Assembly: GCA_963765495.1 (NCBI GenBank)
Contig: CAVXWP010000010.1
Span: forward strand, 1 to 64,000
Reading direction: 5' to 3'
Length of the DNA: 64,000 nucleotides
Source of the DNA: Blastocatellia bacterium
GTDB lineage: Bacteria > Acidobacteriota > Blastocatellia > UBA7656
Shown here: piece by piece, positions 22,238 to 32,305 of the stretch
Numbering within the stretch: position 1 is the stretch's first letter
Layout: the number at the start of each line of letters is the position of its first letter
Made by a program: the position numbers and the translations under genes
The notes under the pieces: generated by a model
What the model was told of the DNA's origin: nothing
Seen by the model: the letters and a program-made list of their open reading frames with translations, nothing else
The model's database searches: none

Positions 22238-24844
22238 ATGAAGAAAAGATTCGTCTTGACGTGTGCCCTTCTCACCGTCGCTTTCCTTGCCGCTTACATA
22301 GCCCTCAATAGAGTATCCGCAACCACAGCCCCCGAGCCTCAGCCTGAATCGGGCAGCGTCACCCAGGGCGCTCTCAACGTAGTGGGTTCCGAGGGGCAAT
22401 TGACCGCCCAGTGCCCGCTCAAGCACACCGATGTAAAGGCAGAAATCAGCGGCTTTCTTTCAAGGGTAGTCGTCACTCAGGAATTTGATAATCCATTTAA
22501 AGATAAGATCGAGGCTGTCTATACTTTTCCTCTGCCTCAGGCCGCAGCCGTCGATGATATGACTATGATCGTAGGCGATAGGACCGTCCACGGGCGAATC
22601 AAGCGGAGAGAAGAAGCCCGCGCCGTTTATGAAGCCGCTCGCGCCGCCGGAAACGTAGCAAGCCTCCTCGATCAGGAACGCCCGAATATCTTTACTCAAT
22701 CCGTCGCAAACATAATGCCCGGCGAAAAGATCAAGATCACTATCAGCTATGTCGAAACCCTGAAATATGAAGACGGCTCATACACATTCGTCTTTCCAAT
22801 GGTAGTCGGCCCGCGTTACATTCCGGGAGCGCCCACAGGCCGACAGGCGGGCGGACGGTCGCCCGACACGACAAGCGTGCCCGACGCCTCGCGCATCACT
22901 CCCCCCGTTGCGGCGAAGGGCACGCGCGCGGGCCACGACATCTCACTCGAAGTCGCGCTCGACGCGGGCGTGCCGATTGATGATCTGAAATCAACGCTTC
23001 ACGAGATCAACCTTGAACGTCCGACCGATCACAGCGCGATCATCAGCCTCAAAGACAAGGACGTGATTCCCAACAAAGATTTCATCCTCAAATACGATGT
23101 CGCGGGCCGTAAGATCGAAGACGCGGTGCTTGTGCATCGCTCGGAAAGAGGAGGCTTCTTTACGATGATTCTGCAACCGCCCGACCGCGTGGCGGTCGAG
23201 GACGTGACCCCGAAAGAGCTTGTATTCGTGCTCGACACTTCGGGTTCGATGAGCGGCTTTCCTATCGAAAAAGCTAAAGAGACAATGAAACTTGCGCTCG
23301 ATAACCTCTACCCGCAGGACACATTCAATCTGATTACATTTGCCGGGGACACAAGCATCCTCTTCCCCCAGCCGGTCCCGGCAACGCGTGAGAACCTGGC
23401 AAAGGCGCAGGCATTTCTGGCCTCGCGCGCGGGCGGCGGCGGGACCGAGATGATGAAGGCCATACGCGCCGCGCTCGATCCGTCAGACGCGCAAAATCAT
23501 ATCCGCATAGTCTGTTTTATGACCGACGGATATATCGGCAATGACATGGAGGTAATCTCCGAAGTTCAAAAACACCCGAACGCCCGCGTCTTTTCATTTG
23601 GCATAGGCAGTTCCGTAAATCGCTTTCTGCTCGACAAAATGGCCGAGTACGGGCGGGGCGAAGTCGAATATGTCACGCTTGAGGATGACGGGTCGGCGGC
23701 GGCCCGGCGATTTCACGAGCGAGTCAGAAAGCCTCTGCTCACAGACATCTCGGTTGACTGGGGTGGGCTCATCGTCGAAGACGTTTACCCCGCGCGCATA
23801 CCCGATCTGTTCAGCGCAAAGCCGGTAGTCCTGACGGGGCGCTATACATCAGGAGGCAGCGGCAAAATCCTCCTGCGCGGCAATGTGGCCGGACGCGCGT
23901 TCCTACGGGAAATCCCCGTAGAGTTTCCCGAGAACGAACCCCGTCACGATGTGCTCGCCGCGCTCTGGGCACGCACCCGGATTGATGATCTGATGGGACA
24001 GGACTACGCCGGTCTGCAACAGGGCACCACGCGAGACGACATCCGCGAGACGATAACGCAACTGGGTCTTGAGTTCCGCCTGATGACCCAGTTCACCTCC
24101 TTTGTTGCCGTAGAAGAGATGACCATCACAGACGGCGGCGAGCCGCGACGCATAGAAGTCCCGGTTGAGATGCCCGAAGGCGTGAGCCACGAAGGCGTAT
24201 TTGGCGATAAGGAAGAAATGGTAGGTGTTGCAGGCGGGGTGTCTCAAGGAGTAGTGACGAGTATTGGAGGTGTCCCAAAGCCGATGGCTCGTATGAGGAA
24301 AGGTGAACCATTAAAGAGTAAAACCAGTATGGGTAGAGGGTCAGGCGGAGGCTCTGGTGCGGGCAGCGGAGCAGGCAGAGGCCCGGCCAGAGGTTCTAAT
24401 GCGGGCGGAGGAACCGCTGTAACAGGAAGCGGAACTGCGCCTTATTCGCCGCCGCCACCACCGCCTGCCAAGCCCATTACTGTTAATGAGGTTGGCAAGA
24501 ATAAGGCTGACACTCCCTTATCCGCTAGAGATCAGAAACGGCAGGAGCTTCTTTCAAAGCTTCATCCATCTGTCGTCGCTGTGATAGAGCGGCTAAAGAA
24601 TAAGAACGCCAGAGCGGGCGCAGATGAGAGTAAATTTGTCCGCAACGGCAAGGCCGAGCTTCAGATATGGCTTGCAGACAAATCGCCCGAGACAATGGCC
24701 GCGCTCAAGAAACTCGGCTTTGAAATACTGCTTGAGCCAAAGACGGCAAAGCTTGTAATCGGGAAAATATCCATCGAAAACCTTGAGGCGCTGGCAGAAA
24801 TTGCCGCAGTCCGATACGTAGCGCCCTCGACCGGAGGTAATTGA
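22238..24844 (+). CDS. Exported VIT + VWA domain protein with Gly-rich linker and extra C-terminal domain
   Basis: PLKHTDV, EAVYTFPLP (VIT); VLDTSGSM, GGGTEM, MTDG (VWA); GGAG RBS before ATG 22238. Confidence 0.9.
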   Translation: MKKRFVLTCALLTVAFLAAYIALNRVSATTAPEPQPESGSVTQGALNVVGSEGQLTAQCPLKHTDVKAEISGFLSRVVVTQEFDNPFKDKIEAVYTFPLPQAAAVDDMTMIVGDRTVHGRIKRREEARAVYEAARAAGNVASLLDQERPNIFTQSVANIMPGEKIKITISYVETLKYEDGSYTFVFPMVVGPRYIPGAPTGRQAGGRSPDTTSVPDASRITPPVAAKGTRAGHDISLEVALDAGVPIDDLKSTLHEINLERPTDHSAIISLKDKDVIPNKDFILKYDVAGRKIEDAVLVHRSERGGFFTMILQPPDRVAVEDVTPKELVFVLDTSGSMSGFPIEKAKETMKLALDNLYPQDTFNLITFAGDTSILFPQPVPATRENLAKAQAFLASRAGGGGTEMMKAIRAALDPSDAQNHIRIVCFMTDGYIGNDMEVISEVQKHPNARVFSFGIGSSVNRFLLDKMAEYGRGEVEYVTLEDDGSAAARRFHERVRKPLLTDISVDWGGLIVEDVYPARIPDLFSAKPVVLTGRYTSGGSGKILLRGNVAGRAFLREIPVEFPENEPRHDVLAALWARTRIDDLMGQDYAGLQQGTTRDDIRETITQLGLEFRLMTQFTSFVAVEEMTITDGGEPRRIEVPVEMPEGVSHEGVFGDKEEMVGVAGGVSQGVVTSIGGVPKPMARMRKGEPLKSKTSMGRGSGGGSGAGSGAGRGPARGSNAGGGTAVTGSGTAPYSPPPPPPAKPITVNEVGKNKADTPLSARDQKRQELLSKLHPSVVAVIERLKNKNARAGADESKFVRNGKAELQIWLADKSPETMAALKKLGFEILLEPKTAKLVIGKISIENLEALAEIAAVRYVAPSTGGN

Positions 24845-24930
24845 CTTTATTTGCCGGGGCCATGAGTTGTCCCTGTATCCCTTTAGCGGCCCCGGCCTTT
24901 TTATGGACTCCTCTCTACAATCTATGCTCT

Positions 24931-24962
24931 GGGCAGGCTCTGCGGAGCTTGCCTATTTTTTC
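24931..24962 (+). terminator. Rho-independent terminator
   Basis: GGGCAGGCTC-TGCG-GAGCTTGCCT followed by T tract. Confidence 0.7.
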
Positions 24963-25100
24963 TTCGCTTGCCGAGAGTTTGAGGTTATGCCTGATTGCTT
25001 CCAATTTGTCCGATTAACTTTCGGTCTTCACCAATAGCGATGAATGAAGCCGCCCTCATCGAGTTTCAAAAGGCAAAGCAAGATGTGGTCAGGCAATTAC

Positions 25101-25649
25101 TCAGAGGGAAATTTTTGTTGCGCCAAATGTCCCGTTTATCACGCCTATGGGAACTTCGGCCGGGTCCAAAGGATCCTGGAAGGGCAAAAACAATTCGTTC
25201 TCGAGAGATCCTTCAAAGCTTTCGAAATCCTGATCGAAAGTGACTATTCCACTCACCCTCCCTTTGAACATCAATTGCCCGTTTTGGTCCATGTCGAAAT
25301 AGAAAAAGAGAATCTTCACCCGATGACCATCCATTCTCTTCCAGGTACCAAAACCGGGCGTGACATTCCTTCCGGGCGGGCCGAATGAATTTCGCCCCAG
25401 TGCTATCCCCTCTCGGGTCAGGATAATCAGGGTTTGGAATTGGAAGCCAGGGGTAATGAAGGGTGGAAGTGCAGGTGTCCCGGATTCTATTACCCCATGA
25501 CCAAAATATGTTCCAGCAATCTTCTTACTCTTTCCTCCTGCATTAGCCTTAAGATTGGCTGCGAGCACCCGGCTCGGCAGGGCAGGAACCAAGAGTCCAC
25601 ACAGGATAAAGATTGCGGGAATAGCTCTTGCGTATCGTCGTATTAGCAT
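25101..25649 (-). CDS. Secreted beta-rich hypothetical protein
   Basis: AAGGAG RBS, signal peptide, IAGTY and GFGTWK beta-barrel-like motifs. Confidence 0.7.
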   Translation of the reverse strand: MLIRRYARAIPAIFILCGLLVPALPSRVLAANLKANAGGKSKKIAGTYFGHGVIESGTPALPPFITPGFQFQTLIILTREGIALGRNSFGPPGRNVTPGFGTWKRMDGHRVKILFFYFDMDQNGQLMFKGRVSGIVTFDQDFESFEGSLENELFLPFQDPLDPAEVPIGVINGTFGATKISL

Positions 25650-25882
25650 GTCTATTTCTCCTTTCGGTTTAAGGTTTGTCCTTTTCAGGGCTTTTTTGAT
25701 TCAAGTTCATCCTCCTGTACCGGGTGCGCACCGTGGGACGTGAACTCGAATCGTTGTAAGACGTTCTTTAAAAAACTCTATTGATTCAAATCAGGGGTAA
25801 CTGAATAGAGATCAGGGCAAAGCTATCCTAAGACTCGCCACCTCTTTTGGCTGTCAGGTCGGATATGGGTTGTCAACAAACT

Positions 25883-26059
25883 TCAGAGCGTTTTCAAAAA
25901 CGCTATAAGCGCCTTGCGATCTTCCATTGAAAGTTTCAGTCCGAACTCCTGCCCCTTCACTGCTCGCGCCTTTCCTCTATTTCCACGCAGTCCCGGCGAC
26001 ACGTAATCCTCTTTGAGCCGACGCGGGTCAAACCAGACTTCGAGGGTAGTATCTATTTC
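25883..26059 (-). pseudogene. Orphan 3' gene remnant, probably of a cytochrome c-family protein
   Basis: TTLEVWFDPRRLKEDYVSPG...RAVKGQEFGLKLSMEDRKALIAFLKTL*, in-frame stop immediately upstream, no usable start. Confidence 0.55.
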
Positions 26060-26283
26060 TTATCCCTGGCCCGTTGTTGTTCGCCGTACTTCCTTATAAA
26101 GACGGGCGCAATCTATTGACGAGGCATGAGGGCCGGTTCACAGAAGTCTGTGGCCCTCATACCTCGGACGCATTGCTCCGTCCGGAAGCATTGCAGTAGA
26201 ATAGGTTCTCTACCAGGACTCCACCTGCATTGGGATGTCACTGGCATCACCTTGTTAAGGGCAAATCATACTCGGCTGGCAGG

Positions 26284-26330
26284 TTTAGAGTCCTCAGAGA
26301 TGCTCTAAGAATACCTAAGAATTTCTAAGA
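26284..26330. promoter_or_regulatory. 10-bp-phased CTAAGA direct repeats; putative wHTH operator
   Basis: CTAAGA at 26305, 26315, 26325; degenerate copies at 26293 and 26284. Confidence 0.55.
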
Positions 26331-26336
26331 GCCGTT

Positions 26337-28283
26337 ATGAGTCTGCAATCACAACAATTATATGAGTTCGGCCCTTACCGCCTCGACCTCGAAAAGCGCC
26401 TCCTGATGCGCGATGGTGAGATAGTGCCCCTCATGCCCAAGGCTTTTGATACGCTGCTTGCACTGCTTGAGAGTAACGGAAACGTGGTTGAAAAAGACGA
26501 ACTGATGAAGCGAATATGGCCCGACAGCTTCGTCGAGGAAGGCAATCTCACCAATAACATCTCTACGCTCAGGAAGGCGCTCGGCGAGAAAGTAGGCGAA
26601 CATCAATATATAGTGACCATTCCCGGACGGGGTTATTGCTTTGTGGCAAAAGTGAGCGAAGTGTGGGACGAATGCGCAGACTCTGAAACGCAAGAGAACA
26701 GCGGATCGGATACCGACCTGAAAAAGGGGCTTACACCTGATCCGTCTGAACCGGAAAGCGTCTCAAGCGTGTTTGAGAGCAAAATCACAGTCCGAAGATT
26801 GAAGGTAGCGGTACTTACGGCTTTGATAGCATCAACAGTAACGCTTGCGGCGACCTGCGATTTTATTTTCGATAGATCAAAGCCCAAAGCAAGGATAAGG
26901 GTAAAGACAATAGCCGTACTCCCCTTCAAATTTTTAGGCTCTGAGCAGGACGATCCGTACCTGGAGCTTGGCATGGCAGACACTTTGATCACAAAGCTGA
27001 GTAATATCAAGCAAATCATCGTGCGGCCGACAAGCGTCATACGAAAATACTCAGATGAGAACCAGGACCCGATAGCCGTCGGTCGAGAGCAGCATGTTGA
27101 CGCGGTCCTAGATGGCAGCATTCAAAGGTCAGAGGGAAGGATTCGCGTTACCCTGCGGCTCTACTCCATACCTGATGGCGCGCCGCTTTGGGCGGACACA
27201 CTCGATAGACCCGACGAGGATATATTCAAGCTCCAGGATGCGATTGCCGAAAGGCTGGTAGCTGCTCTGACAGTGGAGATAACGAGCGAAGAGCGAACGC
27301 TTCTAGCCAAACGTAACACGGAGAATACCGAGGCCTATCGCCTCTATCGAATGGGGCGCTATTGGTGGAACAAACGAAGCGAGGAAGGATTCAAAAAGGC
27401 AATTGATTATTTCAATCAGGCGATAGAAAAAGATAATCGTTACGCTCTGGCTTATGCCGGGATTGCCGATTGCCACACTCTGCTCGGGTTCACTCCGTTT
27501 GGAGTCTTGCCTCCGACAGAGGCAATGCCTAAAGCAAAGCAGGCGGCTATGCAAGCTTTGAGACTCGATGACTCGCTTGCCGAAGCTCATAACTCATTGG
27601 CCCTTGTTCTGATGAATTACGATTGGGACTGGCCGGGCGCTCAAAGGGAATTCAAAAGCGCGATTGAACTTAACCCTAACTACCCGGCAGTTCACGATTG
27701 GTATGCCGATTATCTATTGGTTATGGGGGAACGCGAGAAAGCCATAGCAGAGAACAACCGCGCTCAGGAATTAGATCCGCTATCGCTCATTTTCAAATTG
27801 AAGGCAGGCAATCAACTCTACTTGGCGGGAGATTACGATGAGGCCATCAAACGCATTTCGAAAGTGATCGAGATGGACCGGAACTTCTCTCCGGCGCACA
27901 CGTCTCTGGGATATGTCTATCTGCAAAAGAACATGTATGAGCGGGCCATAGAGGAGTTTCAAGAGGCGAAATTGCTTTCCGGTGACAGCCCTTGGGATTT
28001 AGAATCGCTCGGATACGCTTATGCGGTATCGGGAAGAAGAGAAGAGGCGATGAAGATGCTTCTGGAATTGAGGGAAATGTCAAAGCAGAGATATGTCTCA
28101 CCAATCCATGCGGCAATGATTTATATAGCTTTAGGTAATAAAGACAAAGCTTTCGAACTGCTTGAGAAAGCCTACGAAGAACGCTCTTCTCGACTGCTTT
28201 ATCTCAAAATACATCCATCTTTCGACAGCCTTCGCGCAGACCCGCGCTTTGCGGACTTGTCGCGACGCGTCGGACTTCCGTAG
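26337..28283 (+). CDS. Winged-HTH / TM / TolB-N-like / TPR transcriptional regulator
   Basis: [28 protein letters not shown]; IAVLPF; multiple TPRs. Confidence 0.93.
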   Translation: MSLQSQQLYEFGPYRLDLEKRLLMRDGEIVPLMPKAFDTLLALLESNGNVVEKDELMKRIWPDSFVEEGNLTNNISTLRKALGEKVGEHQYIVTIPGRGYCFVAKVSEVWDECADSETQENSGSDTDLKKGLTPDPSEPESVSSVFESKITVRRLKVAVLTALIASTVTLAATCDFIFDRSKPKARIRVKTIAVLPFKFLGSEQDDPYLELGMADTLITKLSNIKQIIVRPTSVIRKYSDENQDPIAVGREQHVDAVLDGSIQRSEGRIRVTLRLYSIPDGAPLWADTLDRPDEDIFKLQDAIAERLVAALTVEITSEERTLLAKRNTENTEAYRLYRMGRYWWNKRSEEGFKKAIDYFNQAIEKDNRYALAYAGIADCHTLLGFTPFGVLPPTEAMPKAKQAAMQALRLDDSLAEAHNSLALVLMNYDWDWPGAQREFKSAIELNPNYPAVHDWYADYLLVMGEREKAIAENNRAQELDPLSLIFKLKAGNQLYLAGDYDEAIKRISKVIEMDRNFSPAHTSLGYVYLQKNMYERAIEEFQEAKLLSGDSPWDLESLGYAYAVSGRREEAMKMLLELREMSKQRYVSPIHAAMIYIALGNKDKAFELLEKAYEERSSRLLYLKIHPSFDSLRADPRFADLSRRVGLP

Positions 28284-28516
28284 CAAACCGGCTAGCTGAA
28301 GGGATACTCTCTGATTGAAAATCTTTTTAGACTATCCGCGTCCCGACTGCCTGTAGAGTCACCCCTTGCTTTTACCTATGTTGCGATTGCCTTGATTGCG
28401 CCCGTCTGATTCTGTCCGTCCGATTGCGCGAAAAAAGCCGGTTCTCCTCGCGATGTTTGTCGAATTCGATATATAATTCACCGATATATGATTCGCACAG
28501 GAGAAGATAAAGAGAG

Positions 28517-30232
28517 ATGAAATCATTGGATTCTGATCCCGGCACAACGGCTGTTGAATCCGGAGGCCGGTCGAATTTTATTCGTGACATCATTATACAG
28601 GACCTCGAAGAAGGCAAAAATGGGGGACGAGTGCAGACCCGCTTTCCTCCCGAACCAAACGGGTATCTCCACATAGGCCATGCCAAGGCGATATATCTCG
28701 ACTTCGGGCTGGCTGATGAGTTTGGCGGCAAGTGCAACCTTCGTTTTGACGACACGAACCCGTCCAAAGAAGAGACCGAATATGTTGATTCCATTATGGA
28801 AGACATCAGATGGCTTGGATATGAGTGGGACGGGCTGTTTTATGCTTCGGACTATTTCGGGCAGCTTTACGAGTGGGCTCTGCAATTGATCAGAGACGGC
28901 AAAGCCTATGTGGACGACCTCAGCGCGGAGGAAATCCGCCAGTATCGGGGCACATTGACCGAGCCGGGCCGAAACAGCCCGTACCGCGACCGTTCAATCG
29001 AAGAGAACCTCGATCTCTTCGAACGGATGAAGAAGGGCGAATTTCCAGACGGCTCGCGAACGCTGCGCGCCAAGATCGATATGGCTTCGCCAAACCTGAA
29101 TATGCGCGACCCGGTGATGTATCGCATCCTCCACATGGAACACCACAGGACGGGCGATCAGTGGTGCATTTACCCCATGTACGACTACGCGCACGGCCAG
29201 TCGGACTCTATAGAGAAGGTGACGCATTCGATTTGTACTCTCGAATTTGAGGATCATCGCCCGCTCTACAACTGGTTTATAGAGCAACTCGGGATATTCC
29301 CCTCGCGACAGTTTGAATTCGACAGGCTCAATCTTACCTACACGATCCTGAGCAAACGGAAACTGCTGAAGCTGGTAGAGGAAGGCCACGTAACAGGTTG
29401 GAATGATCCGCGAATGCCTACGCTTACGGGTCTGCGCCGACGCGGTTATACGCCCGAGGCCATTCACAATCTCTGTTCAAATATCAGCGTGTCGAAGACG
29501 AACAACACCGTGCAGCTTTCGCTTCTAGAGCATTATGTCCGTGAAGACCTCAACAGACGAGCGCCTCGTGTTATGGCTGTTCTCAAGCCGCTGCGAGTCG
29601 TCATAGAAAATTATCCCGAAGATCTGGTAGAAGAGATGGAGGCGATCAACAATCCCGAAGATGAGAGCGCGGGAACCCGCGTGGTTCCTTTCTCAAGAGT
29701 CCTCTATATCGAAGAGGATGATTTTCGCGAAGACCCGCCCAAGAAATACTACCGGCTCGCGCCGGGCCGCGAAGTCCGCCTCCGCTACGGGTACTTCATT
29801 ACCTGCACCGAAGTCGTAAAGGATGCTGACGGGAAGGTCATAGAACTCCGGTGCAGCTACGACCCGGCGACGCGAGGCGGCAACGCTCCCGACGGACGGA
29901 AGGTCAAATCTACGATCCACTGGGTCTCGGCCGCCCACGCCCTGGACGCGGAAGTCCGTATCTATAACAACCTTTTCACAAAAGAGAATCCAAACGAGGT
30001 GGAGGAAGGGCAGGACTTTACGGCCAATCTGAACCCGGATTCATTAGAGGTGTTGACGGGTTGCAAGATCGAGCCGAGTCTCGGTGATGCGGAGGCAGGG
30101 TCGCGCTATCAATTTGAAAGACTTGGCTACTTCTCGGTCGATACGGATTCCACATCCGGCAACCCCGTGTTCAACCGTACGATAGGTCTGCGCGACACAT
30201 GGTCCAAGATCGAGAGTCGCGACAAAAAATGA
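28517..30232 (+). CDS. glnS: Glutamine--tRNA ligase
   Basis: [37 protein letters not shown]. Confidence 0.96.
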   Translation: MKSLDSDPGTTAVESGGRSNFIRDIIIQDLEEGKNGGRVQTRFPPEPNGYLHIGHAKAIYLDFGLADEFGGKCNLRFDDTNPSKEETEYVDSIMEDIRWLGYEWDGLFYASDYFGQLYEWALQLIRDGKAYVDDLSAEEIRQYRGTLTEPGRNSPYRDRSIEENLDLFERMKKGEFPDGSRTLRAKIDMASPNLNMRDPVMYRILHMEHHRTGDQWCIYPMYDYAHGQSDSIEKVTHSICTLEFEDHRPLYNWFIEQLGIFPSRQFEFDRLNLTYTILSKRKLLKLVEEGHVTGWNDPRMPTLTGLRRRGYTPEAIHNLCSNISVSKTNNTVQLSLLEHYVREDLNRRAPRVMAVLKPLRVVIENYPEDLVEEMEAINNPEDESAGTRVVPFSRVLYIEEDDFREDPPKKYYRLAPGREVRLRYGYFITCTEVVKDADGKVIELRCSYDPATRGGNAPDGRKVKSTIHWVSAAHALDAEVRIYNNLFTKENPNEVEEGQDFTANLNPDSLEVLTGCKIEPSLGDAEAGSRYQFERLGYFSVDTDSTSGNPVFNRTIGLRDTWSKIESRDKK

Positions 30233-30288
30233 GAGATGGTGCCGCAAATCAATCTTGCACCGGAATCACAGAAAACTAACGAGTCATT

Positions 30289-32058
30289 ATGGATAAACAT
30301 ACCGCCAATCTGATGACATCAGGTGGCGCTTTCGACACCTCGGATAATGCAGGCCAGTCTCAGCAGAATGATTGGATTGCCATAGCCGAATTATTATTTC
30401 CGGGATGGGGAGAATTCCCATCCCTTGAACAACTCCACGAGAGGTACCCTGAAAGAGCCCTGGCCGAAGGGGCGATGGTCACGCGCGTAGGGCCAAGCCC
30501 AACGGGAATGATGCATATTGGCGGGCTATATGTCGCGATTCTTAACCATAAACTTGCCCGGCAGACAGATGGTGTTTTCTATCTGCGCATTGAAGACACG
30601 GATACCAAGCGAACGGTAGAAGGGGCTTATGAAACCATAGTCAGGTCTCTGATGGATTATCGGTTACTTCCCGATGAAGGGCCGATTCGAAACCGGGAAG
30701 GTGAGTATATAGAGCGGGGGGATTATGGTCCTTACGTTCAATCAGATAGGAAGATTATTTATCACGCCTGTGCCTTTGATCTCATCCGCCGAGGGATAAT
30801 GTACCCGTGTTTTATGTCGGCGGAAGAACTTGAGCAAACCAGAGAGAAGCAGCGAGCCGAAGGGTTACGCCCGGGCATCTATGGCCCCTGGGCCAAAAGC
30901 CGCAACCTCTCTATCGCAGAGATTGAGACTCGACTAAAGGCACAGGGTTCATTCGTCTTGCGGTTGCGTTCCACGGGTGATTTTGACAGGACGGTTAGCT
31001 GGGATGACGGAGTACGCGGAATATTGACTCTGCCGGAATATGACATAGATGCGGTAATGATAAAATCCGACGGCATACCGACTTATCATTTCGCCCATCT
31101 CGTTGATGACCACTTCATGGGGACAACCGATGTTATCCGCGCCGAGGAATGGATATCTTCGGTGCCTCTGCATTTACAACTCTTCAAGCGCATGGGATGG
31201 GAGCCACCCCGTTATTCACACGTTTCAGCCATTCAAAAACTCGGCGAGAAAGGGGGGAAGCGAAAACTCTCAAAAAGCAAAGATCCCGAGGCCGATGTCC
31301 AATTTTACTGGCAGAGCGGTTTCCCTCGGGAGGCGGTTATCGAGTATCTGCTGAATCTGGCAAATCCCGATTTCGAGGAGTGGCGTGGCGAGCATCCCGA
31401 TACGCCCTATGATGCCTTTCAACTCTCGCTGAGCAAGGTGGGGCAAGCCGGCCCGCTGGCGGACATGGTAAAACTTGAGAGCATCAGCCGCGAAGTTTTA
31501 CACCGGATGCCAATTGAGCGATTATACGAATATTCTTATACATGGGCTGTCGATCACAATCCTGCCCTGGCCGAAGAGATGGCCAAAGACCCAGATTACG
31601 CAAGCCGGGCCCTCGACGTTATCCGTGATCCCGAGAATTCGGCTAAGCGGATTGTCACACTCAAATATCTGGAACCTTTGTTGTCACCGTTCTATGATCG
31701 CTTCCTGCCCGAAATTGATCAACTGCCGTTCCCGCCGGGTGTCAGCAGTGAGGATCGAAATCATATTCTGAAGCTGTTTACTGAACGCTATCAAGAGGAA
31801 GATTTTTCGCTCCATTTTTTCGAGCGGATAAAAGAGATCGCTGCCGAGTTAGGATTCGCGGCGACAGTCAAGGATTATAAGAAACACCCGGAAGAGTACA
31901 AGGGACATGTCGGCGATGTTGCCATGATAGTTCGGGTGGCAGTATTCGGCAGTACTCGCTCTCCTGATCTTGGTATGCTAATGCCGGTGTTGGGTAGGGA
32001 AAGGGTTGTGCGACGTTGTAATCAGGCTATGGGAGTTGAAACGGAACGACACGACTAA
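30289..32058 (+). CDS. gltX: Glutamate--tRNA ligase (long form)
   Basis: PSPTGMMHIGG, LRIEDTD, KSDGIPTYH, DDHFMG, KLSKS. Confidence 0.88.
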   Translation: MDKHTANLMTSGGAFDTSDNAGQSQQNDWIAIAELLFPGWGEFPSLEQLHERYPERALAEGAMVTRVGPSPTGMMHIGGLYVAILNHKLARQTDGVFYLRIEDTDTKRTVEGAYETIVRSLMDYRLLPDEGPIRNREGEYIERGDYGPYVQSDRKIIYHACAFDLIRRGIMYPCFMSAEELEQTREKQRAEGLRPGIYGPWAKSRNLSIAEIETRLKAQGSFVLRLRSTGDFDRTVSWDDGVRGILTLPEYDIDAVMIKSDGIPTYHFAHLVDDHFMGTTDVIRAEEWISSVPLHLQLFKRMGWEPPRYSHVSAIQKLGEKGGKRKLSKSKDPEADVQFYWQSGFPREAVIEYLLNLANPDFEEWRGEHPDTPYDAFQLSLSKVGQAGPLADMVKLESISREVLHRMPIERLYEYSYTWAVDHNPALAEEMAKDPDYASRALDVIRDPENSAKRIVTLKYLEPLLSPFYDRFLPEIDQLPFPPGVSSEDRNHILKLFTERYQEEDFSLHFFERIKEIAAELGFAATVKDYKKHPEEYKGHVGDVAMIVRVAVFGSTRSPDLGMLMPVLGRERVVRRCNQAMGVETERHD

Positions 32059-32305
32059 CCTTATTGCCGATCTCGTTTCGACCGTGTGCTCTTTCCTCAT
32101 CCTTCGGAAATTCCCCTGGTAATTTCGGTCTATTCTTCATTTCAGGGTCATGAGAGGGATCTGACTCGGTCGATATAGCAAAAGACTGGTTTCCCTCTCA
32201 AGCTCGCTGGTCGAGCACATGCTTTTTCTATTGCCAGTGGGTGCTCTCGAATTTATTCTGTGAGCGGGTATCGATACAGATTCCATTCAGGCGGTCCGTA
32301 AATTA

